DNA of 22,478 nucleotides from NCBI GenBank assembly GCA_002729175.1, contig PBTS01000035.1, forward strand, positions 5,763-28,240, in the 5' to 3' direction. Source of the DNA: Fidelibacterota bacterium. GTDB lineage: Bacteria > Fidelibacterota > Marinisomatia > Marinisomatales > S15-B10. The notes below the pieces were generated by a model. That model did no database searches and had not been told where the DNA came from. It was given only the letters and a program-made list of their open reading frames with translations. The translations under genes were made by a program, and so were the position numbers. Shown here piece by piece: positions 7,233 through 17,062 of this stretch (position 1 is the first letter of the stretch; each line of letters starts with the position of its first letter).

Positions 7233-9815
7233 TCAGAGGTTGGCGGTTATCAATTTTTTAGCTGCTTTCAAAGCACCATCCAATCTTTTAGGATCTTTTC
7301 CTCCCGCCGTGGCGAGATGTGGCTTTCCGCCACCGCCACCTCCCAACTCTTTCCCCACTTTCTTTACGAAATCAGTTGCCTTGATACCTGTTTTCACCAA
7401 GTCATCGGTCACGACGAAAGCGATGCTCGGTTTTCCATCAAGAACAGCTCCAATCACACCAACGCCACTTTTCAAGAGTGATCTTAACTGATCACCCAGT
7501 GACTTTAGGTGTTCCATATCATCAGCTTCGACGCGGGCGATAGCAACATTTTTCCCATCCACCGATTGGGCCGATTGAACCACCGCAACTAATTGATCAC
7601 CACCGGTTGAGAAACGCTGCTTCTTCAGTTCCTTCTCTAGTTTTTTCCGCTGACTCACGAGGGTCTCTACCCTTTGTACCACCTCCTCTACTGAGCAGTT
7701 AAGAAGACCTTTTATGGCCTCCAGCGACTCAAAACCGCTTACCGTATAATCAACTGCACCGGGCCCCGTCACTGCCACAATGCGGCGAACGCCAGAGGAG
7801 AGAGCCGATTCTTCAGTAACCTTGAAGAACCCGATTTCGCCTGTTAGTCCAACATGGGTGCCGCCACAAAGCTCTTTAGAAAATTCGCCTATCGTAATAA
7901 CGCGCACTTCATCACCGTATTTCTCTTCAAAGATCGCCTCTGCCCCATCTCTTTTGGCTGAATCGTAATCCTTCAAGGTAATATCCAGTACCGTATTTTT
8001 TAGGATCTCATTGTTAATTATCACCTCGATCTTTCGGAGTTCTTCTGTTGTGATCTTTTGATAATGTGTTAGATCAAACCGAAAATAATCGGAATGAACA
8101 AGAGAGCCCGCTTGCTGGACATGATCTCCCAGAACTTTTTTCAGCGCTTTGTGGAGAAGATGGGTAGCAGTATGATTCTTTTTGATATTCTCCCGCCGCA
8201 CGTTGTCCACCTGAGCGGTGACAGTTTCACCATTTATGCTATCACCCTCCGCATATTCACCAACATGGATATGACTGTCTCCATCCATTACTGTATTGGT
8301 AACCCGAATCGTGAAACCGTCACCAGTCAAACTGCCCGTATCACCGACCTGACCACCCTGTTCACCATAAAAAGGAGTTTGATCCAATATCATCAAGACG
8401 GTACCATTAGCACAGTGATACCTGCGGATAGTGGATTCAGATGAAAGATCATTATATCCAAGGAATTCTGAATCATCTCCCTTGGTTACTGTCGTCCACT
8501 CTTTATGGGAAACGTCAAGATTGAACTTTCCCTCGCTCCTAGCTTTAGTTCGCTGTTCTCCCATAGCCTTATCAAATCCTTCAATATCTACAGAAAGTCC
8601 CTTCTCCCGGGCCATCTGAACAGTGAGATCAACCGGAAAGCCGAAAGTATCGTACAGCTTAAATGTCTCTTTCCCCGAAATTGTTTTCCCGGTCAAGTCA
8701 TTAACTATATTACCAAACTGTTCCAGTCCCCTATCTAATGTTTCGTTAAAACCTACCTCTTCAGCCTCAATGACTTTTTCTATATGGGCCTGCTTTTCAA
8801 CAAGCTCGGGAAATACTTCGCTCATAAGTTCTACTACGGTACCTACCAGACTAGACAAAAATGGTTCCTCTCTCCCCATGCAATGGCCAAACCGGGCTGC
8901 ACGTCTTAAAATTCGCCTCGCCACATAGCCGCGACCCTCGTTGGAGGGCTGTACACCATCAGCTATTGAGAAAGAAAGCATCCGAACGTGATCAGCGATA
9001 GCACGATGACCGACCAGATCATCTTTATATTTCACACCAAGCTTTTTCTCCTGTACTTTAATAATCGACTGAAAAAGGTCCGTGTCATAATTGCTTGTCT
9101 TCCCCTGCAAAACTGCGGCTATCCTCTCTAGACCGGCACCGGTGTCCACGTGCTTTTTCGGTAATTCCTCCATTGTGCCGTCGGGTAGTCGGTTATTCTG
9201 AATGAAAACAAGGTTCCAGAGCTCCCAGTACTGATCCGAGGAATTGATGCCGTCTGCCGATTGTTTGGACGAATCCTCCCCTACGTAGTAGTGTATTTCA
9301 GAGCAGGGACCACAAGGTCCTGTATCGCCCATCTCCCAGAAATTGTCCTTTTTACCAAACCGCAGTACCCGTTCCGGGGCAATGTCCGTAACTTTTTTCC
9401 ACAATTCATCGGCTTCATCGTCATCATTATAAACAGTGGCCCATAGACGATCTTTCTCCAATCCCCAAACTTCAGTAAATAGCTCCCAAGCCCATTGAAT
9501 CGCTTCAGCTTTGTAATAATCACCAAAAGACCAGTTTCCCAGCATCTCAAAAAAAGTATGATGAAATGTGTCGATGCCGACTTCTTCTAGATCGTTGTGT
9601 TTACCGCTGACACGGATGCATTTCTGACTATTCACCACCCGTAAATGCTTCGGTTTTTCTTTCTCCAGGAATATGTTCTTGAACTGGTTCATCCCGGCAT
9701 TTATAAACAGGAGCGTGGGATCATCCTTCGGTACCAAGGGCGCACTCCGAACATAAGTGTGCCCCTTATCTGTAAAAAAGTCGAAGAATTGATTTCTGAT
9801 TTCAGATGTCTTCAT
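7233..9815 (-). CDS. alaS: Alanine--tRNA ligase
   Basis: DPTLLFINAGMNQFK, HHTFFEMLGNWSFGDY, GPCGPCSEI, LYDTFGFP, editing-domain HTATH and ELCGGTH, C-Ala GGGGGGK. Confidence 0.99.
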   Translation of the reverse strand: MKTSEIRNQFFDFFTDKGHTYVRSAPLVPKDDPTLLFINAGMNQFKNIFLEKEKPKHLRVVNSQKCIRVSGKHNDLEEVGIDTFHHTFFEMLGNWSFGDYYKAEAIQWAWELFTEVWGLEKDRLWATVYNDDDEADELWKKVTDIAPERVLRFGKKDNFWEMGDTGPCGPCSEIHYYVGEDSSKQSADGINSSDQYWELWNLVFIQNNRLPDGTMEELPKKHVDTGAGLERIAAVLQGKTSNYDTDLFQSIIKVQEKKLGVKYKDDLVGHRAIADHVRMLSFSIADGVQPSNEGRGYVARRILRRAARFGHCMGREEPFLSSLVGTVVELMSEVFPELVEKQAHIEKVIEAEEVGFNETLDRGLEQFGNIVNDLTGKTISGKETFKLYDTFGFPVDLTVQMAREKGLSVDIEGFDKAMGEQRTKARSEGKFNLDVSHKEWTTVTKGDDSEFLGYNDLSSESTIRRYHCANGTVLMILDQTPFYGEQGGQVGDTGSLTGDGFTIRVTNTVMDGDSHIHVGEYAEGDSINGETVTAQVDNVRRENIKKNHTATHLLHKALKKVLGDHVQQAGSLVHSDYFRFDLTHYQKITTEELRKIEVIINNEILKNTVLDITLKDYDSAKRDGAEAIFEEKYGDEVRVITIGEFSKELCGGTHVGLTGEIGFFKVTEESALSSGVRRIVAVTGPGAVDYTVSGFESLEAIKGLLNCSVEEVVQRVETLVSQRKKLEKELKKQRFSTGGDQLVAVVQSAQSVDGKNVAIARVEADDMEHLKSLGDQLRSLLKSGVGVIGAVLDGKPSIAFVVTDDLVKTGIKATDFVKKVGKELGGGGGGKPHLATAGGKDPKRLDGALKAAKKLITANL

Positions 9816-9987
9816 GATCGCCTGTGGTGTGCAATCGATTTGGTTAATTTACATTGATGGGACGAGGTGGAAAACGATGAAGGTAAAGAATCATTAGGTT
9901 TAACTGGTGTAGTTTCTTTTCATTAGATTTGGAGTTAACAATTATACCGGGAGTAAAATAGCGTAACATAATCTGAATAAAACTTAT

Positions 9988-11016
9988 ATGATCTCAATCG
10001 CTGTAGATGCCATGGGTGGAGACAATGCACCTCGGGAAATCGTTCATGGAGCTGTACTTGCTTCCAAGGCCAATCCTGTCCGAATTTTTCTTGTAGGGGA
10101 TGAATCCACCATAAAAGATGAACTGAAACAGCACGACTACTCTTCTGATAGTCTGGAAATTATTCATACTCCCGATTCCATATCTATGGATGAGTCACCA
10201 AAAGAAGCCGTTGTGAACAAACCAAATGCCTCAGTTCTTGTCGCCGCCTCTCTGGTGTCAAATGGGAAGGCTGATGCCCTTGTTTCCGCCGGAAGTACCG
10301 GATCTGTGGTTCTTTCAGCAGCTAAACATATTTCAAGGATCCCCGGTGTAAAAAGAACAGCTATTGCTACTGTCTACCCTACTCTCAACGAGTTCAAGCG
10401 TGATGACCATCTGGCACTCATGGTAGATATAGGTGCAAATGTGGAATCCTCCGCTAAAGAGTTGGTGCTGTTTGCTATCATGGGTTCTACTTACGTTGCC
10501 AATGTTCGGGGTGTGGGATCGCCTAAATCAGCTCTGTTAAATATAGGTGAAGAGGAAACAAAAGGAAGCGAAAAGATGCAGACCGCTTACCGCATGCTGA
10601 AAGAAGTACCATCCCTAAATTTTTCCGGGAATATTGAAGGGAAGGATATTCTCCGCGGTATGGCGGATGTTATTGTGACAGAAGGATTCGTTGGCAACAT
10701 TGTCATCAAGACACTGGAAGGAACTGCTATGGCAGCTAGTCACCTTGGCAAATTAGCGTTTCGGGCACGGTTTAGCTGGAAACTGGGACTTTTTTTCCTA
10801 CGAAAAGGATTGAGACGTATCCGAGAAGTAACGGATTACGCCGAATATGGTGGCGCACCATTATTGGGATTTGAAAAGATGGTTATTATTGCTCACGGAC
10901 GATCTAGTGCAAAGGCTGTCTCCAATGCCATCAAGCTGGCTGGCAAATCTGTAAGAGATAAAGTGTGCGAGACCATGGCTCAGAAAATTGGCGAACTCGA
11001 TTTTCAGCCGAAATAA
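9988..11016 (+). CDS. plsX: Phosphate:acyl-ACP acyltransferase PlsX
   Basis: IAVDAMGGDNAP, VSAGSTG, DIGAN, LLNIGEEETKG, GNIEG, GFVGN, YGGAPLLG, HGRS. Confidence 0.95.
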   Translation: MISIAVDAMGGDNAPREIVHGAVLASKANPVRIFLVGDESTIKDELKQHDYSSDSLEIIHTPDSISMDESPKEAVVNKPNASVLVAASLVSNGKADALVSAGSTGSVVLSAAKHISRIPGVKRTAIATVYPTLNEFKRDDHLALMVDIGANVESSAKELVLFAIMGSTYVANVRGVGSPKSALLNIGEEETKGSEKMQTAYRMLKEVPSLNFSGNIEGKDILRGMADVIVTEGFVGNIVIKTLEGTAMAASHLGKLAFRARFSWKLGLFFLRKGLRRIREVTDYAEYGGAPLLGFEKMVIIAHGRSSAKAVSNAIKLAGKSVRDKVCETMAQKIGELDFQPK

Positions 11017-11026
11017 AAGTCTCCAG

Positions 11027-11665
11027 TCAATTGGCCGTCTTAACACTCAGGTTTCTAACAACCGACTCCATCTGGTCCCAGGTAAACCCCTTTCGCTTCA
11101 GCAGGTTGATGAAGCGCTGTTTTTCTTTTTTTACCAGCGGCACATCCAGGTCAATTCCACGCTTTTTCATTAGGCGCTGAATCAGTTCGTCCGCTGGATA
11201 TTTTGAATAGACAGCTTCTATGGTCTTCTCTATAATTTTTTGTGCGACTCCCGTTTTTATCAGTTCACTTTTTAATGCTACAGGCCCGAGACATTTGTTC
11301 TTAGCCCTGTCTCTAGCAAATATGGCCGCAAATTCTTCATCATTCAGATATCCTTTATCAACCAGTTCCCCCGTAACCCGATCCGCCAGATCCTGATTCC
11401 AACCTTTCTGGACAAGCCTGTTGGAAACCTCTTTGATACTCCGCGGCCGGTAGCTTAACAGATTCACAGCTGCCTGTTTCGCCTTGTAAAATTCATCTGC
11501 TGTTGTCAGTTCCTTGATTTGTTTATCAGAAAGTTCTCCTCCTTCTTCAAGATTATGTTGAAAAAAAATGCCTTCAGAAACAGTGAAGGCAAATTGACCG
11601 TCGATAAATATGGAACGCCTGTTCGGCCGTTTTTTGTTGACCTTAATGGCGGTGATTTGAGGCAC
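11027..11665 (-). CDS. recX: Regulatory protein RecX (long form with N-terminal extension)
   Basis: Immediately downstream of recA; LLSYRPRSIKEV, GYLNDEEFA, GPVALKSEL, LKRKGF. GTG start. Confidence 0.92.
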   Translation of the reverse strand: MPQITAIKVNKKRPNRRSIFIDGQFAFTVSEGIFFQHNLEEGGELSDKQIKELTTADEFYKAKQAAVNLLSYRPRSIKEVSNRLVQKGWNQDLADRVTGELVDKGYLNDEEFAAIFARDRAKNKCLGPVALKSELIKTGVAQKIIEKTIEAVYSKYPADELIQRLMKKRGIDLDVPLVKKEKQRFINLLKRKGFTWDQMESVVRNLSVKTAN

Positions 11666-11668
11666 TAA

Positions 11669-12712
11669 TTAAGAATTTTCTGTTTCCTCTGTGGTTTCGG
11701 CTTCAGCTGCTTTCATCCCGAGAAAGCCTTTCACCTCGTGCTCAATTTTTTCACAGGTATCACTGTACTCCTTAAGATACGCCTTAGCATTCTCTCTTCC
11801 CTGACCTATCCGATCATCACCGTAGGAATACCAAGCACCTGATTTGTCCACAATTTCGGCTGTTACGGCCAGGTCGAGGAGGTCGCCTTCATATGAGATA
11901 CCTTCACCGTACATAATATCAAACTCAGTCTGCCGGAATGGCGGTGCACATTTATTCTTAACCACTTTCACTCGAACGCGATTCCCAACACTGGTGTCGC
12001 CTTCTTTGATAGCACCGATACGACGAATATCTAATCTCACAGATGTATAAAACTTGAGAGCGCGACCGCCTGGTGTCGTTTCAGGATTACCGAACATAAC
12101 ACCTATCTTCTCCCGAATCTGATTGACAAAAATTACAGCCGTGTTGGATTTGGATACGGAACCGGTCAGTTTCCGCAACGCCTGAGACATAAGTCTAGCC
12201 TGAAGCCCAACATAGCTATCGCCCATCTCTCCTTCCAGTTCCACACGAGGCACCAGCGCTGCCACTGAATCGACTATCACCACACCCACAGCACCACTGC
12301 GGACGAGTGTGTCACAGATCTCAAGCGCCTGTTCACCAGTATCAGGCTGAGACACCAATAGTTCGGTAATGTTTACTCCTAACTTTTCAGCATAGGTGGG
12401 ATCCATGGCGTGTTCTGCATCAATGAAAACACCATAGCCGCCCAGCTTCTGTGCTTCAGCCAGTATATGAAGCGCCAAGGTCGTTTTCCCCGATGCTTCG
12501 GGCCCGTAAATTTCAGTAACCCGTCCTCGAGGAACACCTCCTATGCCGAGAGCTGAATCAAGCGAAATGGCGCCCGTTGGGATGCCTTCCACTGATGCTA
12601 CAACACCTTCTTCTCCAAGGCGCATGATAGAACCTTTCCCAAACTGTTTGTCAATCTGACCTAAAGCAAGATCGAGAGCTTTATTTTTTTTATTGTCTTC
12701 TTTCGTACTCAT
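11669..12712 (-). CDS. recA: Recombinase RecA
   Basis: GPEASGKTT Walker [54 protein letters not shown] upstream. Confidence 0.99.
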   Translation of the reverse strand: MSTKEDNKKNKALDLALGQIDKQFGKGSIMRLGEEGVVASVEGIPTGAISLDSALGIGGVPRGRVTEIYGPEASGKTTLALHILAEAQKLGGYGVFIDAEHAMDPTYAEKLGVNITELLVSQPDTGEQALEICDTLVRSGAVGVVIVDSVAALVPRVELEGEMGDSYVGLQARLMSQALRKLTGSVSKSNTAVIFVNQIREKIGVMFGNPETTPGGRALKFYTSVRLDIRRIGAIKEGDTSVGNRVRVKVVKNKCAPPFRQTEFDIMYGEGISYEGDLLDLAVTAEIVDKSGAWYSYGDDRIGQGRENAKAYLKEYSDTCEKIEHEVKGFLGMKAAEAETTEETENS

Positions 12713-12834
12713 CTGTCTATTCTCCTATACTCCCAGCCTTTGGTGTACTACTTTTAAATTTCAATGATATGCCCTATAAACTCCTGATTTGATCCTTTGA
12801 ATATATTCATAACTGAAGAGATTATGAATTGATC

Positions 12835-13410
12835 TCACCTTGGATTAAGATTATGAGTTCCCAATATTGAATAAATGGCACCGCTTGGGAGAAGTTCACT
12901 CTGGTAAAGAATGATCTTGGGGATATTCCAAGAGATGGGTTCATATTGAGCGGATAAAAAATCAGTTACATCCGGGGTCACCTTTTGAGGATAGCGTATC
13001 CTCCCTATTGTAATATGTGGAGAATAGTTGCGCTCTTCTTGCGGGTAACCTAGCTGATCCATTTCACTGTTGATCATTTCAACCAGTAATTTCAATTCGG
13101 CCACATCACCATCAACGCCAAGCCAAAGAATCCGTGGCCGCTCTTTTTTTGGAAAACAACCTGTGCCAGAAACATTAAGAGAAAGGTCACTGTTTTGTCC
13201 GACAATTTCGCTAAGTAAACGGTTAATCTTGTCCACCTCTCCCGGTGCCGTGGGACCGATATACCTGAGGGTGATATGAATATTTTCCTTTCTCACCCAC
13301 CTAACAGCTTTCCGATTCATTTTTACGGAGGATTGAACCGAGAGTGCAACCTTTGTGACCGTTTCCGGTGTATCTATAGCAATAAATGTTCTGATCAACT
13401 TTTCAGGCAT
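12835..13410 (-). CDS. thpR: RNA 2',3'-cyclic phosphodiesterase (2H phosphoesterase, LigT/ThpR)
   Basis: RTFIAI, two HxT motifs (HITL, PHITIGR), PRILWLG; usual position between cinA and recA. Confidence 0.95.
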   Translation of the reverse strand: MPEKLIRTFIAIDTPETVTKVALSVQSSVKMNRKAVRWVRKENIHITLRYIGPTAPGEVDKINRLLSEIVGQNSDLSLNVSGTGCFPKKERPRILWLGVDGDVAELKLLVEMINSEMDQLGYPQEERNYSPHITIGRIRYPQKVTPDVTDFLSAQYEPISWNIPKIILYQSELLPSGAIYSILGTHNLNPR

Positions 13411-13536
13411 AACCTACCTCGCCTACGATAAGCTTCTTGAGGTTTTCAGAATCCATTATCATCTCAGTTGACCGAATTCTATCTTTTGATTTTAGGTGCC
13501 TCGTTGCTCAAACTCTGTCAAAAGAATAAATGCTAC

Positions 13537-14778
13537 TTATGAAGGCATCCGGAATACACCAAAACCAAAAAGGTTATCACTATTATCAGATTCACTATAC
13601 TGTTTTGCAACCCTTCTCATCCGTTCTATCGTAATGTCCGCTACCGTTGGAAAGTCTTTTGCCACCTCTTCATCAAGCACGGGCTCATCCAGCTGAGCCA
13701 GAATGAACTGGCGAGTTCCACCGTCTTGGCGGTTTAATTCCCAGACAGCTTGACCGGTACTTCCTGCACCGGCAAAAAAGTCGAGTATCAAAGAATCTTT
13801 ATGACTGCCCATTTTAAGGAGGAGCTTAATGAGAACTACCGGTTTGGGATAATCAAAGACTCTCCTTTTAAATAGCGTTTTAAGCTCACGACTTCCCTTT
13901 TCGTTAGGGCACCCTCTGATGAGTGTTGAATAGGGGTTTGTCCTTACCATTTGCCGGCACTGGTTATCAACTTTTTCGTATTCCTTAAAATAGACAGATG
14001 TTTTTCCATTTCGACTTTTCTTGAAAACAATAAAGTCGTTCTCAATACCCCAGACAACTTTCTTCTCTGACCAGCGCCACGTCCATTTTTTGTCGTCAGG
14101 ATCCCCGCCCGGCCAAACTTCAATTCCATCAGTAGTGTTAATAGGATAATCGAGACTTTCGGAATATCGAATAGACCCACGATCCAGTTTATTCAATCGG
14201 TAGCACCCTCTCTCTTCCACATGCTTATCCTCATGGACAAAACCTTTCAGGGCGCTTGGTTTTCTGTTAAGAATGGTCTTTTTGGAATCTTTAGCATAGA
14301 TCATCACATAGTCATGTTGAACGGCCACATGCCGGGCATCCTGTCTTGGAGCCACACCACTTTGGCGAATCAAAGTGGCGATATAATTCGCTTCACCATA
14401 AATCTCTCCCATCATTTGACGGAGATTATGAATTTCATTATCATCAATAGAAATAAAGATTAATCCCTTTTCAGAAAGCAAATCTCTGGATATCTCCAGC
14501 CTCGGTTCCATGAACTGTCGCCACAGCGAATGAGGATCCATGTTGTTGGTATCTTGCAGGGAGGGAAGCGACCGATATCTATCATGTTTGAAACTGTCAC
14601 GGAAAGTGAAGTCTTTCCCGGTATTGTATGGGGGATCGATATAGATCATATCGATAAGATTTTTATGCCCCTCAAGTAAATGTTGAAGTACAGTCAGATT
14701 ATCACCACAGTATATACAGTTAGAACTGGAGGAGGGATTCACTGAAGCTTCATCATGGAGAACCGGTGTCAGCACCAT
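13537..14778 (-). CDS. Site-specific DNA adenine methyltransferase, Type III Mod-like (beta class), no Res partner in window
   Basis: GDNL, IYIDPPYNTGKDF (motif IV), PRL, IFISIDDNE, FDYPKP, ILDFFAGAGSTG (motif I), RQFILAQLDE, GFGVFR. Confidence 0.92.
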   Translation of the reverse strand: MVLTPVLHDEASVNPSSSSNCIYCGDNLTVLQHLLEGHKNLIDMIYIDPPYNTGKDFTFRDSFKHDRYRSLPSLQDTNNMDPHSLWRQFMEPRLEISRDLLSEKGLIFISIDDNEIHNLRQMMGEIYGEANYIATLIRQSGVAPRQDARHVAVQHDYVMIYAKDSKKTILNRKPSALKGFVHEDKHVEERGCYRLNKLDRGSIRYSESLDYPINTTDGIEVWPGGDPDDKKWTWRWSEKKVVWGIENDFIVFKKSRNGKTSVYFKEYEKVDNQCRQMVRTNPYSTLIRGCPNEKGSRELKTLFKRRVFDYPKPVVLIKLLLKMGSHKDSLILDFFAGAGSTGQAVWELNRQDGGTRQFILAQLDEPVLDEEVAKDFPTVADITIERMRRVAKQYSESDNSDNLFGFGVFRMPS

Positions 14779-14795
14779 TTATTCAGCCTGGGTTA

Positions 14796-16013
14796 TCATA
14801 TTTGGCCCGTTATTCTCAGTCGGACAGAATTAAGGGCGGTTTGAGCTGATAGTTCTTTATTGAACCGGCGGTCCCGGTAAAATGTAACAGAACGCGTAAA
14901 TGGCTTCTCACCATCATCAAGTCCGAAGCAGGTGAGCCCCACTGGCTTCTCATCCGTTCCACCGCCAGGGCCAGCTATACCTGTAATAGAAACTCCTATA
15001 TCAGCATCGAAAACTTTTCGGACACCGGCTGCCATCTCCGCCGCCGTCTCCTCACTGACAGCACCATATTTTTTCAAAGTTTCACTTTTAACGCCAACTA
15101 GATTTATCTTCGCTTTATCAGAATAACAGATGACACTTCCAGAAAAATATTCTGAGCTACCGGGCACGTTGGTGATCCTGTCTCCTAGGAGGCCCCCAGT
15201 ACACGACTCCGCCAATGCCAGCATAAGCCCTTTTTCTCTCAGAGATTCTCCTACCGATTGTTCGAGGGTAATCCAGTCTTCAGCATAAATGTATTTTCCA
15301 GCAAGATCATAGATGTTGGATGCTAATTCAGTAACAGCGGACTCATCACCAGCGGTCAGCCGAAGATCTACACCGCTAAAGCCCGGAACAAAAGCAATAT
15401 TCACCGCGGATTCCTCCATGGCTGGTTCCAGAAGATCGTGGAGTTTTGACTCCATAACACCGGTTGTGCGAATGTTGGTAATTATCAGTTCGCTGGATGA
15501 CATCTGTTCCAATTCCGGTAGAACAGTCTCCTCCATCATAGATTTCATCTCCGCTGGTACGCCCGGCAAGATACAGAGCCAGGTCCCGTCCACTGTACAG
15601 GACATTCCTCTGGCTGAACCCTTTGAATTGGGGATAACTGTTCCTCTGTCCGGTACAAGACCCTGATTCAAGTTCGATTTTGGCATATCAACACCACGCC
15701 TAGAGAACCTCTCCCGAAGCAGTTCCAGATAGTCTTCGTCCATTTCCAAAGTAGCACCGGTAAATTCACAATAGGCGTCCAGTGTAACATCATCCCTGGT
15801 GGGTCCTAGTCCCCCCGTGCAGATGACTATATCCGCTTTATTGGCCACCAGTGCCATCGCTTCCACGATCTCACCCTTGATATCCCCCACCGATGTTTTC
15901 CAGATAGTCCTGATTCCGATATCCATAAGTTTTCGTCCTATCCACGCGCCATTTGAATCAAGGGTGTAACCGCCCAACAGCTCATCACCAATTGTAAGAA
16001 TGGCACTCTTCAT
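14796..16013 (-). CDS. cinA: Competence/damage-inducible protein CinA (MoCF-like domain + NMN deamidase PncC domain)
   Basis: IGDELL, TGGLGPT.DDVT, LPGVPAEM, AESCTGG, GAVSEETA, SITGIAGPGGG..KPVG. Confidence 0.97.
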   Translation of the reverse strand: MKSAILTIGDELLGGYTLDSNGAWIGRKLMDIGIRTIWKTSVGDIKGEIVEAMALVANKADIVICTGGLGPTRDDVTLDAYCEFTGATLEMDEDYLELLRERFSRRGVDMPKSNLNQGLVPDRGTVIPNSKGSARGMSCTVDGTWLCILPGVPAEMKSMMEETVLPELEQMSSSELIITNIRTTGVMESKLHDLLEPAMEESAVNIAFVPGFSGVDLRLTAGDESAVTELASNIYDLAGKYIYAEDWITLEQSVGESLREKGLMLALAESCTGGLLGDRITNVPGSSEYFSGSVICYSDKAKINLVGVKSETLKKYGAVSEETAAEMAAGVRKVFDADIGVSITGIAGPGGGTDEKPVGLTCFGLDDGEKPFTRSVTFYRDRRFNKELSAQTALNSVRLRITGQI

Positions 16014-16468
16014 AGGAAAAGGGCCGCCGCCTGCGTTATAACACCAGCATAGAGCCCCGCCACCACATCATCCATCATTATTCCCCAGCCGCCGGGGAGG
16101 CGTTCGAAACGATTCGCAGGATACACTTTTATAATATCAAATATTCGAAACAGAATAAATGCAATCCCGAGCCACAACCATTCGTTCGGGATCATGAGTA
16201 GGGCAATCCACATGCCTACCCATTCATCGATGACGACCTCGGAAGGATCGCTGTTACTCTCTTCATCAGAAACAATGGAAGAAACAATAACACCAACAAG
16301 AAAGATCACAATCACAATCAATGAAAGTCTGAATAGTTCCATCTCCGGTAATAGACGCCAGGCAATCAATGCGGCGGCGCTTCCCCAAGTGCCTGGAGCT
16401 AAAGGGAGATATCCAATTCGGAAGCAGGTTGCGAGCCAGTTAGCAGAATGGACGAGAGCCGTCCTCAC
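16010..16468 (-). CDS. pgpA: Phosphatidylglycerophosphatase A
   Basis: APGTWGS, DPSEVVIDEWVG, FRIFDIIK, GGWGIMMDDVVAG. Confidence 0.96.
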   Translation of the reverse strand: MRTALVHSANWLATCFRIGYLPLAPGTWGSAAALIAWRLLPEMELFRLSLIVIVIFLVGVIVSSIVSDEESNSDPSEVVIDEWVGMWIALLMIPNEWLWLGIAFILFRIFDIIKVYPANRFERLPGGWGIMMDDVVAGLYAGVITQAAALFL

Positions 16469-17061
16469 GCATCGTCGCTGGAATTGTCCACAAAGGCTGC
16501 AATGGCGGCGCGGTTAACATACAAATAATGCAGTCCCGTATAGACTGAAAATATGGTCGCTGAAAAAACAGTGACCCATATAAGATTGAAAGTGTCGATA
16601 AATATGATAATCTGAGAAGCATCAACAAAGGATAGAGTTTTCAAAGCCAGATAGCTAAGCACAAAAATAATAGCCGCTAGCTGAACGCCTGTTTTTGCTT
16701 TCGCAATCTTGCTGGTGACAAGGCTGATACCATTGTTAAGAAACAGCATTCGCAGTCCAGTCACAAACAGATCCCTGAACACAATGAGCCCCACCATCCA
16801 GTATGGAATCTTGTGAAGGAAAGCAAACGACAGGAAAGCTGAAATTACTAAAATCTTGTCAGCAAGTGGATCCAGGAATTCACCAGTCTTGGTCACAAGT
16901 TCACGTTTCCGAGCGATATGACCATCAAAGGCGTCCGTTATGGAGGCGATAATAAAGATCCCCAGTGCGCACACCTTCGACCACGGCGCCTCATAAAAAA
17001 GACAAAGGATGAAAAGCGGCGTAAGGACAATACGACCAATAGTAAGAATATTGGGTAGCAT
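16465..17061 (-). CDS. pgsA: CDP-diacylglycerol--glycerol-3-phosphate 3-phosphatidyltransferase
   Basis: PNILTIGRI; CDP-alcohol phosphotransferase motif DAFDGHIAR...G.FLDPLADK; KAKT..Q. Confidence 0.95.
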   Translation of the reverse strand: MLPNILTIGRIVLTPLFILCLFYEAPWSKVCALGIFIIASITDAFDGHIARKRELVTKTGEFLDPLADKILVISAFLSFAFLHKIPYWMVGLIVFRDLFVTGLRMLFLNNGISLVTSKIAKAKTGVQLAAIIFVLSYLALKTLSFVDASQIIIFIDTFNLIWVTVFSATIFSVYTGLHYLYVNRAAIAAFVDNSSDDA

Positions 17062-17062
17062 G

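Noticed and set aside
13489..13521. Perfect TTGACA on the minus strand upstream of thpR
   Set aside because: The nearest -10-like TAAAAT is 21 bp away, so the spacing is wrong.
13537..14795. Phase-variable mod (phasevarion)
   Set aside because: No simple-sequence repeat tract seen in or upstream of the gene.
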